The notes under the pieces are model-generated. The model was given only the letters and a program-made list of their open reading frames with translations, made no database searches and was not told the DNA's origin. A program made the position numbers and the translations under genes. A stretch of 64,000 nt of DNA from an uncultured Chloroflexia bacterium (GTDB lineage: Bacteria > Chloroflexota > Anaerolineae > Anaerolineales > Villigracilaceae). The DNA lies in NCBI GenBank assembly GCA_963823545.1, contig CAWGMC010000027.1:32738-96737 (forward strand). Reading direction: 5' to 3'. Positions 51,307 to 61,889 of the stretch are shown piece by piece (positions within the stretch are counted from its first letter, which is position 1; every line of letters starts with the position of its first letter).

Positions 51307-52227
51307 TCAGTCTTCACCCTGGCGAAACGGTTTGTCTTTTGTGAAATCCGGCAGGTAGTTCTCCTGGCTCTCCAGTTCCTGGATGAAGGCATTCTCCAGC
51401 CCCAGCTCCAGCGCAAAATCCAGGATCGCGTCATACTCCTGCACTGTCAGCTTGCGGTTGATCTGCGGGTGTTCGCACGCCCGGTATTGAGGGGAATACT
51501 GCGACATGATGCTGACGAAGGTGTCCGTCGACAGCTCCGCCAGGAACTCCAGGCATCTCCGGCTGTCCTCCAGGTGACCGGGCAGGACCAGGTGACGCAC
51601 CAGCAGACCCCGCCTGGCAATGCCCTGCCTGTCCAATTCCAGGTGACCGACCTGCTCGAGCATCTCCCTCAGCACGCCGGGGATGACCTGGGCGTAATCC
51701 TCCACCGAGGAGTATTCCTTCCCCAGGGCATCATCCATGTACTTGATGTCCGGCATGTAGATGTCCACCAGCCCGCGGATCTGCCTGAGCGCCTCCACGG
51801 AATCATAACCGTTGCTGTTATAGACCACCGGGATGCCCAGCCCCTTGTGCTTTGCCAGCTGGATGGCGTCCGCCATCTGGAAGACCATGTGCGAGGGTGA
51901 GACGAAGTTGATGTTATGCGCGCCCTGTGCCTGCAGTCCCAGCATCTCCTCAGCCAGTTCCTCCACCGTCAGGATGCGCGGGGTGCTTTTCCTGAACTCC
52001 TGGCTGATCTGGTAGTTCTGGCAGAAGGCACAGCGCAGGTTGCACCCGGTGAAGAAGATCGTCCCCGAGCCCCTGCTCCCCGAGATGACCGGTTCCTCCC
52101 CGAAGTGCAGACCCGCGTGCGAGACCAGGATGCTGGCGGGGATCCGGCAGAACCCGACCTTTCCCGCCAGCCGGTCGATCCCGCATTCGCGCGGGCAGCA
52201 TATACAATTCGTCAGTTGATCGGTCAA
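51307..52227 (-). CDS. PflX-like radical SAM protein
   Basis: CxxCPRECG, HFGEEP, CNLRCAFCQN, DIYMPDIKY and VRHLVLP. Confidence 0.9.
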   Translation of the reverse strand: MTDQLTNCICCPRECGIDRLAGKVGFCRIPASILVSHAGLHFGEEPVISGSRGSGTIFFTGCNLRCAFCQNYQISQEFRKSTPRILTVEELAEEMLGLQAQGAHNINFVSPSHMVFQMADAIQLAKHKGLGIPVVYNSNGYDSVEALRQIRGLVDIYMPDIKYMDDALGKEYSSVEDYAQVIPGVLREMLEQVGHLELDRQGIARRGLLVRHLVLPGHLEDSRRCLEFLAELSTDTFVSIMSQYSPQYRACEHPQINRKLTVQEYDAILDFALELGLENAFIQELESQENYLPDFTKDKPFRQGED

Positions 52228-52304
52228 TGCAGTTATTCATAAGGTGTGCCCGAAATTATAGCCTGTACCTGGGAAGGTTGTGAGTTGAAGATTAGTGCAT
52301 TTGA

Positions 52305-52369
52305 AATCCTGAAGTTCTACTTCAGGATTGATACTTGATCTCTTGCACATCTATTTTGAAATCCTGAAG
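52305..52369. repeat. Palindrome AATCCTGAAG-TTCTA-CTTCAGGATT plus a partial second copy
   Basis: 23 bp identical to 61780-61802; CTCTTGCACA is shared by both loci. Confidence 0.75.
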
Positions 52370-52418
52370 CCAGAATCCGGAATATCTGTTTTTCTCCTAA
52401 CCTGATAAAATAGCTTCG

Positions 52419-53027
52419 ATGGACGAACCCGCCCTCATCTCCTCCGCCCAACGCGGCGACCTGGACTCCTTCAACACGCTGGTCCTGCATTACCAGGATA
52501 TGGTGTTCAACACCGCGCTGCGCATCCTGGGGGACGAAGACCAGGCACAGGACGCCTCGCAGGAGGCATTCATCTCCGCCTTCCGCGCCATCGCCTCCTA
52601 CCGCGGCGGATCCTTCAAAGCCTGGTTGCTGCGCACGGTCACCAACGCCTGCTATGACGAACTGCGCCGCCAGAAGCGCCGTCCCACCACCCCGCTCGAA
52701 CCCGACACCGATGAGGGCGAGGAAATGGACTCCCCGCGCTGGCTGGCGGATCCCTCCCTGACCCCTGCTCAGCAGCTCGAAGCCGACGAACTCGAACATG
52801 CCATCCAGCACTGCCTGGACGCGCTGCCCAACGAGTTCCGCACCGTGGTGGTCATGGCGGACATCGAGGGTCTCGACTACAGCGACGTGGCAAAGGCTGC
52901 ACACGTCCCGCTGGGCACCATCAAGAGCCGTCTGGCACGCGCCCGCCTGCGCCTGCGCGAATGCCTGCAGGATTTCGCGGAACTTTTACCCGCTGCCTTC
53001 CGTCTCAATAGCGAGGCAGCATCATGA
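52419..53027 (+). CDS. ECF sigma-70 factor
   Basis: AQDASQEAF, FKAWLLRTVTN and GTIKSRLARAR. Confidence 0.93.
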   Translation: MDEPALISSAQRGDLDSFNTLVLHYQDMVFNTALRILGDEDQAQDASQEAFISAFRAIASYRGGSFKAWLLRTVTNACYDELRRQKRRPTTPLEPDTDEGEEMDSPRWLADPSLTPAQQLEADELEHAIQHCLDALPNEFRTVVVMADIEGLDYSDVAKAAHVPLGTIKSRLARARLRLRECLQDFAELLPAAFRLNSEAAS

Positions 53028-53715
53028 ATTTTCGCGATGTGGAACAATTATCAGCATACCTGGACGGGCAGCTCAGCCCGTCTGATTCCGCGCGGCTGCA
53101 GAACCGCATCGCCTCCGAACCGGAGATGGCCTCCGCGCTGGAGAGCCTGCGCGAGTCCCGTGCCATCCTGCGCCGCCTGCCGCATCGACGCGCCCCGCGC
53201 AACTTCCTGTTGACACCAAAGATGGTTGGGAAGAAACCGCCCCTGCCGCGGTCCTATCCCGCCTTCCGGTTTGCCACCGCCCTGGCAAGCCTGCTGTTCG
53301 TGCTGTCCTTTGCCACCACCCAGGTGGGCAGGCTGGCAAACTCTGCGCCGCAGGTCCCCTATGGGATCGGCGGAGGCGGCGGAGAAGATGTGGTTACCGA
53401 GGCGCCTGCCATGCTGGAACCTGCCGTGGAATCCGCGCCTGCCACCGAGGCACCTGTAGCCACCGAACCTCCTGTCATGCAGGCAGCGACTCCCACCGAG
53501 ATGGCGTTGGCATGCCGGCACCGACTGAAGCGCCCGCCACCAAGGAGCAGGACCGCACGATGAACGAAGAACCCGCGGCCTCCGCACCCGCGCAGGAACC
53601 CGCGCCGCCCCTGCTGTCCTCGTGGCAGGTGACGTTCCTCATCATCGCCGTCCTCGGCGCGCTTGCCATGTTCCTGCTCCAGCGTTTTGCTGTCAGCAAG
53701 TGGCGTTCCAAATAG
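53024..53715 (+). CDS. Anti-sigma factor (frameshift near 53510)
   Basis: EQLSAYLDGQL; overlaps the sigma stop codon (ATGA); TM helices. Confidence 0.8.
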
Positions 53716-53730
53716 ATCCATTTTCCCAAT

Positions 53731-54214
53731 ATGGCTCAAACTGAAGTCAACTTTTGCCCGCGCTGTGGGACTGCTGTCCATCCCGGGCACGAGTTCGGCA
53801 GAGCTGCGCCCGGTCTGCCCGAAATGCGGGTGGATGTACTTCGCCGACCCGAAGGTGGCGGCGGCGGTGCTCGTCGAACAGGATGGACGCGTGCTGCTGG
53901 TGCGGCGCGTGAACGAACCCTTCCGCGGCTTGTGGACGCTTCCGGCGGGCTTCGTGGACGCGGATGAGGATCCCGCCATCGCCGCGGCGCGCGAGGCGCT
54001 GGAGGAGACCGGTCTCACCATCCGCGTGACGAAGGTGCTGCAGGTCATCGCCGGGCGCGAACACCCGCGCGGCGCGGACTTCGTCATCGTCTACGCCGCG
54101 GAGGTCGTCTCGGGCACGCTGCGCGCTGCGGATGACGCCGATAAAGCGGACTGGTTCGAACGCTCGGACCTGCCCCCGCTGGCGTTCAAAGCCACGCGTC
54201 TCATGCTACAATAA
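53731..54214 (+). CDS. Zinc-ribbon NUDIX hydrolase (frameshift near 53800)
   Basis: FCPRCG and CPKCG; WTLPAG...AAREALEETG. Confidence 0.88.
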
Positions 54215-54218
54215 ATTC

Positions 54219-55065
54219 ATGGCAACGACCGACCTGCGCCCCTCGCCGATCGCCGGAACCTGGTACGAAGGCAACCCGGAACGCCTCGCCCTCGCCGTGG
54301 ATGGTTACATCCAGGCGGCGAAGCTGCCTGCATTGGAGGGGGAGGTGATGGCGGTCATCTCTCCGCACGCCGGTCACCGTTACAGCGGACCGGTGGCGGG
54401 ATATGCATTTGCCGCGGTACGCGGCAGGTCGTTCGACGTGGTGGCGGTCGTTTCGCCGTTCCACCGTCCCGCCTACCAGCCCCTGCTCACCACCGCCCAC
54501 TCCGCATACGCGACACCCTTGGGGAATATCGCGACGGACAAGGAATTATTGCCGGCATTGGATGCATGCCCTTAAATCCAGGCTCAGCTTTGGTCTCTCA
54601 CCGTTGTTGCGCGACCAGGAACACTCGCTCGAGATCGAACTGCCCTTCCTGCAGCGCGCCCTGAAAGGCGATTTCCGCCTGCTGCCGGTGATGATCCTGG
54701 CGCAGGAACCGGAGGTTGCCGAGGGACTCGGGCTTGCACTGGCGGAGGTGCTTAAAGGCAGGAACGCCCTGCTGGTGGCGAGCACCGACCTCTCCCATTT
54801 TTACGACCAGAAGACCGCCCTCGCGCTGGATAAAGAGATGCTCAAGCGCTTCGAGTCCTTCCAGCCGGAGAGCATCTTCGAAGCGGAACACACCGGCAAG
54901 GGTTTCGCCTGCGGGCACGCCGCGGTGGCTGCCGTGCTCTGGGCGGCGCGCGAACTCGGCGCGGACAGGGTGCAGGTGCTGCAGCATGCCACCTCCGGCG
55001 AGGTGACGGGCAACTATCACGATGTGGTCGGTTACGGCGCGGCAGCCGTCCTGAGATCGCGCTGA
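54219..55065 (+). CDS. MEMO1 family protein (AmmeMemoRadiSam protein B; frameshift near 54570)
   Basis: IAGTWY, SPHAGHRYSG, EHSLEIELPFLQ, ASTDLSH, ACG and VVGY. Confidence 0.9.
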
Positions 55066-55119
55066 CATTCCTGCTTACCTTGCATTCTCCTCCAACTCCC
55101 TTCGCAAAGAGGCAGCCTC

Positions 55120-55762
55120 ATGGAACACGACGAGACCGAACAGATCAAGAGCCTGCTGGATGGCGGTTACGTGGACGCCGCGCGGCATCGCCTGGAGGAG
55201 ATCCTGAAGGCGGACCAGCACGATATGGGGGCGTGGCTTCTGTACGTGAACTCGTTCAAGACCATCGACACGCGTCTCGAGGTGCTGGAGATCTGCCGGA
55301 GACTCAACCCGGATAATCTAAAGGTCAAGAGCGCGATCGCGGCGCTCAAGATGAAGAAGTCCGCTGACGCAGGCCTCAGCCGCCCGCCCCCCGGCGCAGC
55401 CTTTCAAGGAGAGCGCGCCCGACCGCGCAGAGGAGCAGGCGCCCTGGTCATCCGCCCCTGCATCCGCTTCATTCGTGCAGCCGGAGACAGTGGAAGGATC
55501 AACACCCGCCTGGGGATATGAGACCTCCGCAAAAGACATGTACAAACAGACGACCAGCCTCTCGAAGGAGGAGATCGACCGCCAGGCGCGGGATTACGTG
55601 GAGGGGCGCGTCGAGAAGAAAAAAGGGCACCAGGTTATCCAATCCGCGGATAACTCAAGATCGATTCCGAAGTGGGGAGTGATCCTGGGCATTATCCTGG
55701 TCGTTTTGATCTTCGTCTGCCTGTTCGTCTACCTTGGATATACCTATATTCGAACCTCATGA
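55120..55762 (+). CDS. Hypothetical protein with TPR-like N-terminus and C-terminal TM helix (frameshifted)
   Basis: Two overlapping ORFs, 55120-55521 and 55475-55762. Confidence 0.55.
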
Positions 55763-55846
55763 ACGCCAGCATTGCCGATCCTATTGACCTTATTCGTCCC
55801 ATCCTCCATACAGTCTTGAAACAGGCCGCGAGGTTATAATCGTCTT

Positions 55847-58270
55847 ATGTTCGCGCGCCTTGCGATCAACCTGCCCGCCGTGAGCGGGATGTTTGACTAC
55901 GCCATCCCACCCGACCTGGAGGGGCAGGTGCAGCCCGGCTCACTGGTCACCGCGCCATTCAGGAACCAGATGACGCAGGGCGTGGTGATGGAACTGCTGG
56001 ACGTGCCGGCGGTGGCGGTGGTAAAGCCGATCGAGTCACTGCTGGACCCGGTGCCTGTCCTGTCCGTGGCGCAGATGGAGCTGGCAAAGTGGATGAGCGA
56101 CCATTACCTTCAGCCCCTGGCGGCGGTGATCGGGATGATGCTGCCGGCGGGATTGAGCCAGCAGGCGGATGTTCAATATACATTGACCAATGATCAGTTC
56201 TCAGTAAGCGGAGACCAGTCCGCGGTGGTTCAGAAGAGGCTGATCAATCTATTGAAGGAGAGGGGGACACTGCGAGGCAGGCAGATCGACCGGCATTTTG
56301 CAAAAGTGGACTGGAGAAAATCCGCGCAGGCACTGGTGCGGCGCGGCGTCCTTTGGACGCAGTCGGTGCTGCCCCCTCCTCGCGTCCGACCGAAGCACGT
56401 CCGCGTGGCACAACTGGCGGTGACGCCCGAACAGGCGGAAGCCTCCATGCCGGACCTCGGCACGAAGCAGACGCTGGCGCGCCGGCAGGCGGCGTTGAGG
56501 TTTATGGTGCGCACGCCGCAGGCGGTCAACCTGTCCTGGATCTATGCAGAAAGCGGGTGTAAACCCGCGGACCTGGAGGCGCTGGAGGAGCGCGGCTTGA
56601 TCCGCCTGTTCGAATCGGAGATATTCCGCGACCCCCTGGAGATGATGGAGGGCAGAGGTGCGGAGAGCAATGAGATCACCCTGACCGGCGAGCAGGAGGC
56701 GGCGTTGAACGAGGTCACCTCCGCGCTGGATGCCGGACGGACCACGCCGGTCTTTTTGCTGCACGGCGTGACCAGTTCCGGCAAGACCGAGATCTACCTT
56801 CGGGCGGCGGAACATGCCCTCCGGCGCGGCAGGCAGGTGATCGTGCTGGTGCCCGAGATCGCGCTGACCCCGCAGATCGTGCGGCGGTTCCTGGTGCGTT
56901 TCCCGGGGCAGGTGGGACTGGTGCATTCGAAGCTCTCGGAGGGGGAGCGCTATGACACCTGGCGGCGGGCGCGCGCTGGAACGTTGAAGGTCATCATTGG
57001 TCCGCGCTCGGCGCTCTTCACCCCGCTGGAGAATATCGGACTGATCGTCGCGGATGAATGCCACGACAGTTCCTACTATCAATCCGAACCGCCCTTCTAC
57101 CACGCGGTGCGAGCCGCGCAGGAATACGCGCGCATGTGCGGGGCGGTCTGCGTGCTGGGCTCAGCGACGCCCACGCTGGAACAGAGACAGCAGGCGGACG
57201 AGGGGCGGATGAGGCTCCTGGAACTGCCCTACCGCGTCACCGAATCCGAACTGCCGCCCGTCAGGGTTGTGGACATGCGCGATGAACTCAGGTCGGGCAA
57301 CCGCAGCATCTTCTCGCGCCCGCTGGCGGAGGCGCTGGCAGAGACCCTGGGTCGCGGGGAGCAGGCGATCCTGTTCCTGAACCGGCGCGGCACCGCCACC
57401 TATGTATTCTGCCGCGATTGCGGAACGGTCCTGAAGTGCCCGCAGTGCGACACCCCGCTCACCTTTCACGTTGATCAGGGCGGCTTGCTCTGTCATCGCT
57501 GCGGATACCAGAGGCAGATGCCGAAGAAGTGCCCGTCCTGCGGCAGTGAGCAGATCCGCCAGTACGGGCTGGGCAGCGAAAAGGTGGAGGCGGATGTGCA
57601 GGCATTGCTGCCGCGGGCGCGCACGCTCCGCTGGGATTGGGAGACGACGCGCCAGAAGGACGCGCATGACATCATCCTGACGCACTTCGCCAACCACCAG
57701 GCGGACGTGCTGGTGGGGACGCAGATGCTCGCCAAGGGGCTGGATCTGCCGCTGGTGACCCTGGTGGGGATCGTGCTGGCGGACGTGGGGCTGAACCTGC
57801 CCGACCCGTTCGCCTCCGAGCGCACCTTCCAGGTGCTGACGCAGGTCTCGGGGCGGGCTGGGCGTTCAGCGCGCGGGGGACAGGTGATTCTGCAGACCTT
57901 CGCGCCCGAACATTATGTCATCCAGTGCGCCGCGAAACATGACGTCAACGGGTTCCACCGCCTGGAGTTGGAGTACCGCCGGCAGCTGGGCTATCCGCCC
58001 TTTGGTCGCGTGACGCGGCTGGAGTATCGTCACCGGGAGGCGGGCAAGGCGGAGGCGGAAGCCAAACGGGTGTTGAAGATCCTGCAGGAAAAGATGGCGG
58101 CGGAACGCAGGACACAGACCACCGCCTCAGCGGTCCCGTGCTTCTTCTCGAAAATGGACGGGGAATACCGCTGGCAGGTCATCCTGCGCGGACCTGACCC
58201 CGCCTCGCTGCTGCGCGGGCTGCGCTTCGACGACTGGCGCATCGAAGTGGAGCCGATGAGTCTGCTATAA
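55847..58270 (+). CDS. priA: Primosomal protein N'
   Basis: GVTSSGKTEIY, VPEIALTPQ, DECH, SATP, four CxxC motifs and QVSGRAGR. Confidence 0.97.
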   Translation: MFARLAINLPAVSGMFDYAIPPDLEGQVQPGSLVTAPFRNQMTQGVVMELLDVPAVAVVKPIESLLDPVPVLSVAQMELAKWMSDHYLQPLAAVIGMMLPAGLSQQADVQYTLTNDQFSVSGDQSAVVQKRLINLLKERGTLRGRQIDRHFAKVDWRKSAQALVRRGVLWTQSVLPPPRVRPKHVRVAQLAVTPEQAEASMPDLGTKQTLARRQAALRFMVRTPQAVNLSWIYAESGCKPADLEALEERGLIRLFESEIFRDPLEMMEGRGAESNEITLTGEQEAALNEVTSALDAGRTTPVFLLHGVTSSGKTEIYLRAAEHALRRGRQVIVLVPEIALTPQIVRRFLVRFPGQVGLVHSKLSEGERYDTWRRARAGTLKVIIGPRSALFTPLENIGLIVADECHDSSYYQSEPPFYHAVRAAQEYARMCGAVCVLGSATPTLEQRQQADEGRMRLLELPYRVTESELPPVRVVDMRDELRSGNRSIFSRPLAEALAETLGRGEQAILFLNRRGTATYVFCRDCGTVLKCPQCDTPLTFHVDQGGLLCHRCGYQRQMPKKCPSCGSEQIRQYGLGSEKVEADVQALLPRARTLRWDWETTRQKDAHDIILTHFANHQADVLVGTQMLAKGLDLPLVTLVGIVLADVGLNLPDPFASERTFQVLTQVSGRAGRSARGGQVILQTFAPEHYVIQCAAKHDVNGFHRLELEYRRQLGYPPFGRVTRLEYRHREAGKAEAEAKRVLKILQEKMAAERRTQTTASAVPCFFSKMDGEYRWQVILRGPDPASLLRGLRFDDWRIEVEPMSLL

Positions 58271-58386
58271 CCGATTATCATTACCAGCCTCTTGGCAGGA
58301 GGATGAATGGTCGCTCCTCCTGTTGGTGTCTTTTACTGGTTGCTCAAGCCGTTCTTAATTTATCTTGTTTTATATTAGGAGTAAAA

Positions 58387-59025
58387 ATGACCGATCTGAT
58401 TTCCCCACAAGTTACAGAGTATTTGAATAGCCTTCTTCCAGGCCGGGAACCGGAAATGATGGAAATGGAAGCCATCGCCGAGCGGGAGAATTTTCCCATC
58501 ATCGGTCCCGCCTCCGGTTATCTGTGTTATCTGGTCACACGCATGCTCGCTGCGAAACGCGTATTTGAGATGGGTTCAGGCTATGGCTATTCCACGGCAT
58601 GGTTTGCCAGGGCTGTCATCGAGAATGGAGGCGGTGAAGTCTTTCACGTTGTAATGGACCCGGATCTGTCAAAAAGTGCGCGCGGTCATTTGTCCAGGTT
58701 GGGGTACGAGGGCGTGGTGACCTTTCGGGAGGGCGAGGCGATCCAGACGCTAAAGGAAACCGCAGGACCTTTCGATATCATCTTTAATGATATCGACAAG
58801 GAAGCCTATCCCGCCTCGCTGGAGGTCATCGGCACGAAGCTGCGCCCGGGCGGTGTTCTCATCATCGATAACATGCTCTGGTACGGGAGGATCTTCGACA
58901 GCTCGAATAAGACCCCCGACACGCAGGGAGTGCGTGAGTTCACTCGCCGCATCACGAGTGATCCGGGTTGGATTGCCGTCCTGGTACCAATTCGTGACGG
59001 TTTGATTGTCGCAATGAAAAAATAA
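58387..59025 (+). CDS. Caffeoyl-CoA-type O-methyltransferase
   Basis: EMGSGYGYS, FDIIFNDIDK, IDNMLW and PIRDG. Confidence 0.9.
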   Translation: MTDLISPQVTEYLNSLLPGREPEMMEMEAIAERENFPIIGPASGYLCYLVTRMLAAKRVFEMGSGYGYSTAWFARAVIENGGGEVFHVVMDPDLSKSARGHLSRLGYEGVVTFREGEAIQTLKETAGPFDIIFNDIDKEAYPASLEVIGTKLRPGGVLIIDNMLWYGRIFDSSNKTPDTQGVREFTRRITSDPGWIAVLVPIRDGLIVAMKK

Positions 59026-59071
59026 TTTGCTATAATCAGGATTTATAAAGTCTAAATAAAGGAGAGTGAGC

Positions 59072-59967
59072 ATGGAAGCATTCAGTCGTGGGTGGGCTTT
59101 TTTGAAGCAAGCCTGGCAGATGGCGCTCAAGGACAGGGACTTGATCAAACCGTCCATCTACGCGCTGGTGGTGGGCGGCATCGTCTCTCTGCTTGGCATC
59201 ATCCCGATCATCCTGGTGACGATGGTGATGGGCGGGTCGGATGCGGGCAACGTGATCTCCTTCATCCTGGGCGCCATCCTGATCTTTGTCCAGTTCATCG
59301 TCAGTTACATCTTCTCGGGCGATGACCGTGTACCTGATCTATGGTTACCTCACCGAGGGCGACGGCAGGATGGACAAAGCCTGGGGGATCGTGAAGCGCG
59401 ACCTCTTCGACATCACGACACTGGCGGCGGTCTCGACCGTCGTCAACCTGCTTAAGAGCGCCGCCAACCGGAACCGCAAGGGCGGCGTGGGCGCCACGCT
59501 GGCGCGGGCTGGCGCGGGTCTGGTGGAGACACTCTGGACGGAGGCAGCCTACCTGATCCTCCCGGCGATGGTGATCGACGACCTGAACCTGAAGAAGAGC
59601 ATGGAGCGCATCTGGACCATCACCAAGAACAACCTGCTGCTGATCGGCATCAGCACCGTGGGCGTGCGCATGGTGACCGGGCTGATCGGTTTCGTCATCG
59701 GCTTGATCGGCGCAGTGATCGCCTTTGCCATCGGGGCAGGCGCGGTGGCGGTCTCCAGCGACCCGCTGGTCATCGGGCTGGGGATCGGGCTGGGCGTGTT
59801 CATCTTCTTCCTGTTCGTGATGGTTGCCAGCGTCATCAGCAGCTACACCGCCACGGCATATCACACCTGCCTGTATATCTGGGCGCGCGATGTGGAAGCC
59901 GCACGGGAAAAGGGCAAGTCCGGACCAGGTGGCAGCCCCCGCTCCGCTTGCAGCCGTGCTGTCGTAA
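59072..59967 (+). CDS. Hypothetical multi-TM membrane protein (frameshifted)
   Basis: SD GGAG; ORFs 59066-59455 and 59286-60005 join into one hydrophobic protein; end approximate. Confidence 0.7.
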
Positions 59968-60001
59968 ACCACGATGATAAGATTATGGGACCTTTACTGA
60001 T

Positions 60002-60513
60002 ATGAGTCCTGCCGAAACCCGCCGGGAACTGGTCAGCTGGGAAGACATCGACCAACTCATCGATCATCTTATCCCGCAATTCCGCCGCGAGTTCACCGCC
60101 ATGGTGATGATCACGCGCGGCGGAATTGTGCCCGGCGGGATTGCTGGCCCAAGCCATGGATGTAACGCATGTGCTGATCGCGGCGGTCAACTTCCCGGCG
60201 CAGATCGGCCGGAAAAGGATAAGTTGATGGCCTGGCCGGAATTCCTGCAATTTCCTGCGGATGACCTGTTGCGCGGGCGGCCACACGCTGATCGTGGATG
60301 ATGTCTGGGGCTCGGGGCGGACGATGACGGCGGTGCAAGAACCGCGTCTCCCGGCGGGCGGTTTCCCCGAGACCTGTGTGCTGCACTTCAATCCTTATCG
60401 CAACCTCTTCGGCGGGGCGCGCCCCGATTACTACGCGGCGGTCACGGATGCCTTCATCATCTACCCCTGGGAGATCCGAGCGCGGGGGTGACGAGGTGCT
60501 CCTTTCGGGGTAG
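60002..60513 (+). CDS. Purine phosphoribosyltransferase-like protein (several frameshifts)
   Basis: VSWEDI, ITRGGIVP, LIVDDVWGSGRT, PDYY and IIYPWE. Confidence 0.8.
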
Positions 60514-60517
60514 GCGC

Positions 60518-61202
60518 ATGCGCATCCTCCACTCGGATCACAAGCAGCAGATGGAGCTATTGCGGGGGAATGAATATTTCGATACCCTGCCGGATTCCAT
60601 CCTGGAGCAGATCACAGCGCACATGCAGCTGCGGGAATACGAACGCGGTGAAGCCATGTTCTGGGAGGGCGATGCCCTCGACGGTTTGTACGTCGTGGAG
60701 CATGGCAGCGCCAAGATCTACCGGCTCTCACCCCAGGGGCGCCAGTACATCGTGCGCATGCTGCAGGAGGGGGATACCTTTGCCGAGGTGCCGGCATTCG
60801 ACGGCGGGACAAGCCCGGTCAACGTGGAGGCGCTGGAGACCTGCAAGCTGTGGGTGATCGACAGCGGTTTGCTGCGGGAGCTGATCCTCGACCCAGCCGC
60901 AATTCGCCCAAAAGGTGCTCGCCAATTTTGGAACCCAGCTGCGCCACATGGTGCGGCAGGTGAGCGAGATGGCTTTTTACCAGGTGACGCACCGGCTCGC
61001 CCGGCTGATCAATGAACTGCCCCCGGATGAGATGGGCGCCGCCCTGATGATGACCCAGGAGCAGATGGCAGCCAGGCTGGGGACGGTGCGCGAGGTGGTG
61101 GCGCGCTCGCTGAGGGAACTGGAACGCAGCGGCGCCATCCAGGTGGAAAACCGCCGCATCCGCATCCTGGATCAGGAAGTATTCAGACAGTGGATGAATT
61201 AA
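60518..61202 (+). CDS. Crp/Fnr family transcriptional regulator (frameshift near 60890)
   Basis: cNMP-binding fold GDTFAEV; HTH motif TQEQMAARLGTVREVVARSL. Confidence 0.9.
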
Positions 61203-61206
61203 ACTG

Positions 61207-61242
61207 AAAACCAGGCTTCTTTGAATGGAAGCCTGGTTTTTT
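61207..61242. terminator. Bidirectional terminator
   Basis: AAAACCAGGCTTC-TTTGAATG-GAAGCCTGGTTTT. Confidence 0.8.
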
Positions 61243-61249
61243 ATTAGTA

Positions 61250-61695
61250 CTACTCGAGTACTTTGAATGAACCGATGTAGTAGGCGATCTCATCGTCGAC
61301 TGCCAGCTTGATGCGATCCACCTGGATGGCGGCCGGATAGCCGTATTGCGGATCGTAGGTGATCTCGACTTTGTCCGCCTCCGCCAGGTTTGCCTGCGCG
61401 ATTGCGAAGAGCGCCTCGACCGTGCCCGCCTCCTCGAAGGTGGCGCGGAAATCACCGCTGAGCGGTTTGCCGTCCGCGCCCGTCATCGAGAGAATCTTCC
61501 CATCTTTGACTTCCACGACGACCGGGATGATGTCCATGTAGGGGCAGAAGCAGGAGATGGTCAGCTCGAAGCGGTAGTGTGACACGCCCGAAGACTCCCA
61601 TTTCTCGCGGTTCCGGTCGAGCTCGGATTGGCTCCGCAGGCGGAGAGCGCCAGGGTCAGGATCAGAAGAACGATAAATAAAGTTTGCTTTTTCAT
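61250..61695 (-). CDS. DUF6174-like lipoprotein (frameshift near 61630)
   Basis: Lipobox LALSAC; ISCFC, YDPQYGYP and AVDDE. Confidence 0.75.
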
Positions 61696-61757
61696 GGTAA
61701 TTATTCCTTTGGAGAATAGACGAGGGAAGGGGAAAAGAGTTCCCGAAAAAGAATAGT

Positions 61758-61828
61758 CCTCTTGCACAAGTGTACCTGGAATCCTGAAGTTCTACTTCAG
61801 GACTGAATTTTCGGACTTTTACAAGAGG
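61758..61828. repeat. 71-bp MITE-like element
   Basis: Terminal inverted repeats CCTCTTGCACAAGT / ACTTTTACAAGAGG (12/14 match) enclosing TCCTGAAG-TTCTA-CTTCAGGA. Confidence 0.6.
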
Positions 61829-61889
61829 TCCAATAAAAAAGCCTCCTCTCATTCCTGGAGGAGGCTTGCTTCATCCAATGCCAGCCCGT

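Noticed and set aside
51307-55065. Radical SAM plus MEMO1 as an AmmeMemoRadiSam system
   Set aside because: The radical SAM protein looks PflX-type and is divergently transcribed, and no AMMECR1 gene is present in the window.
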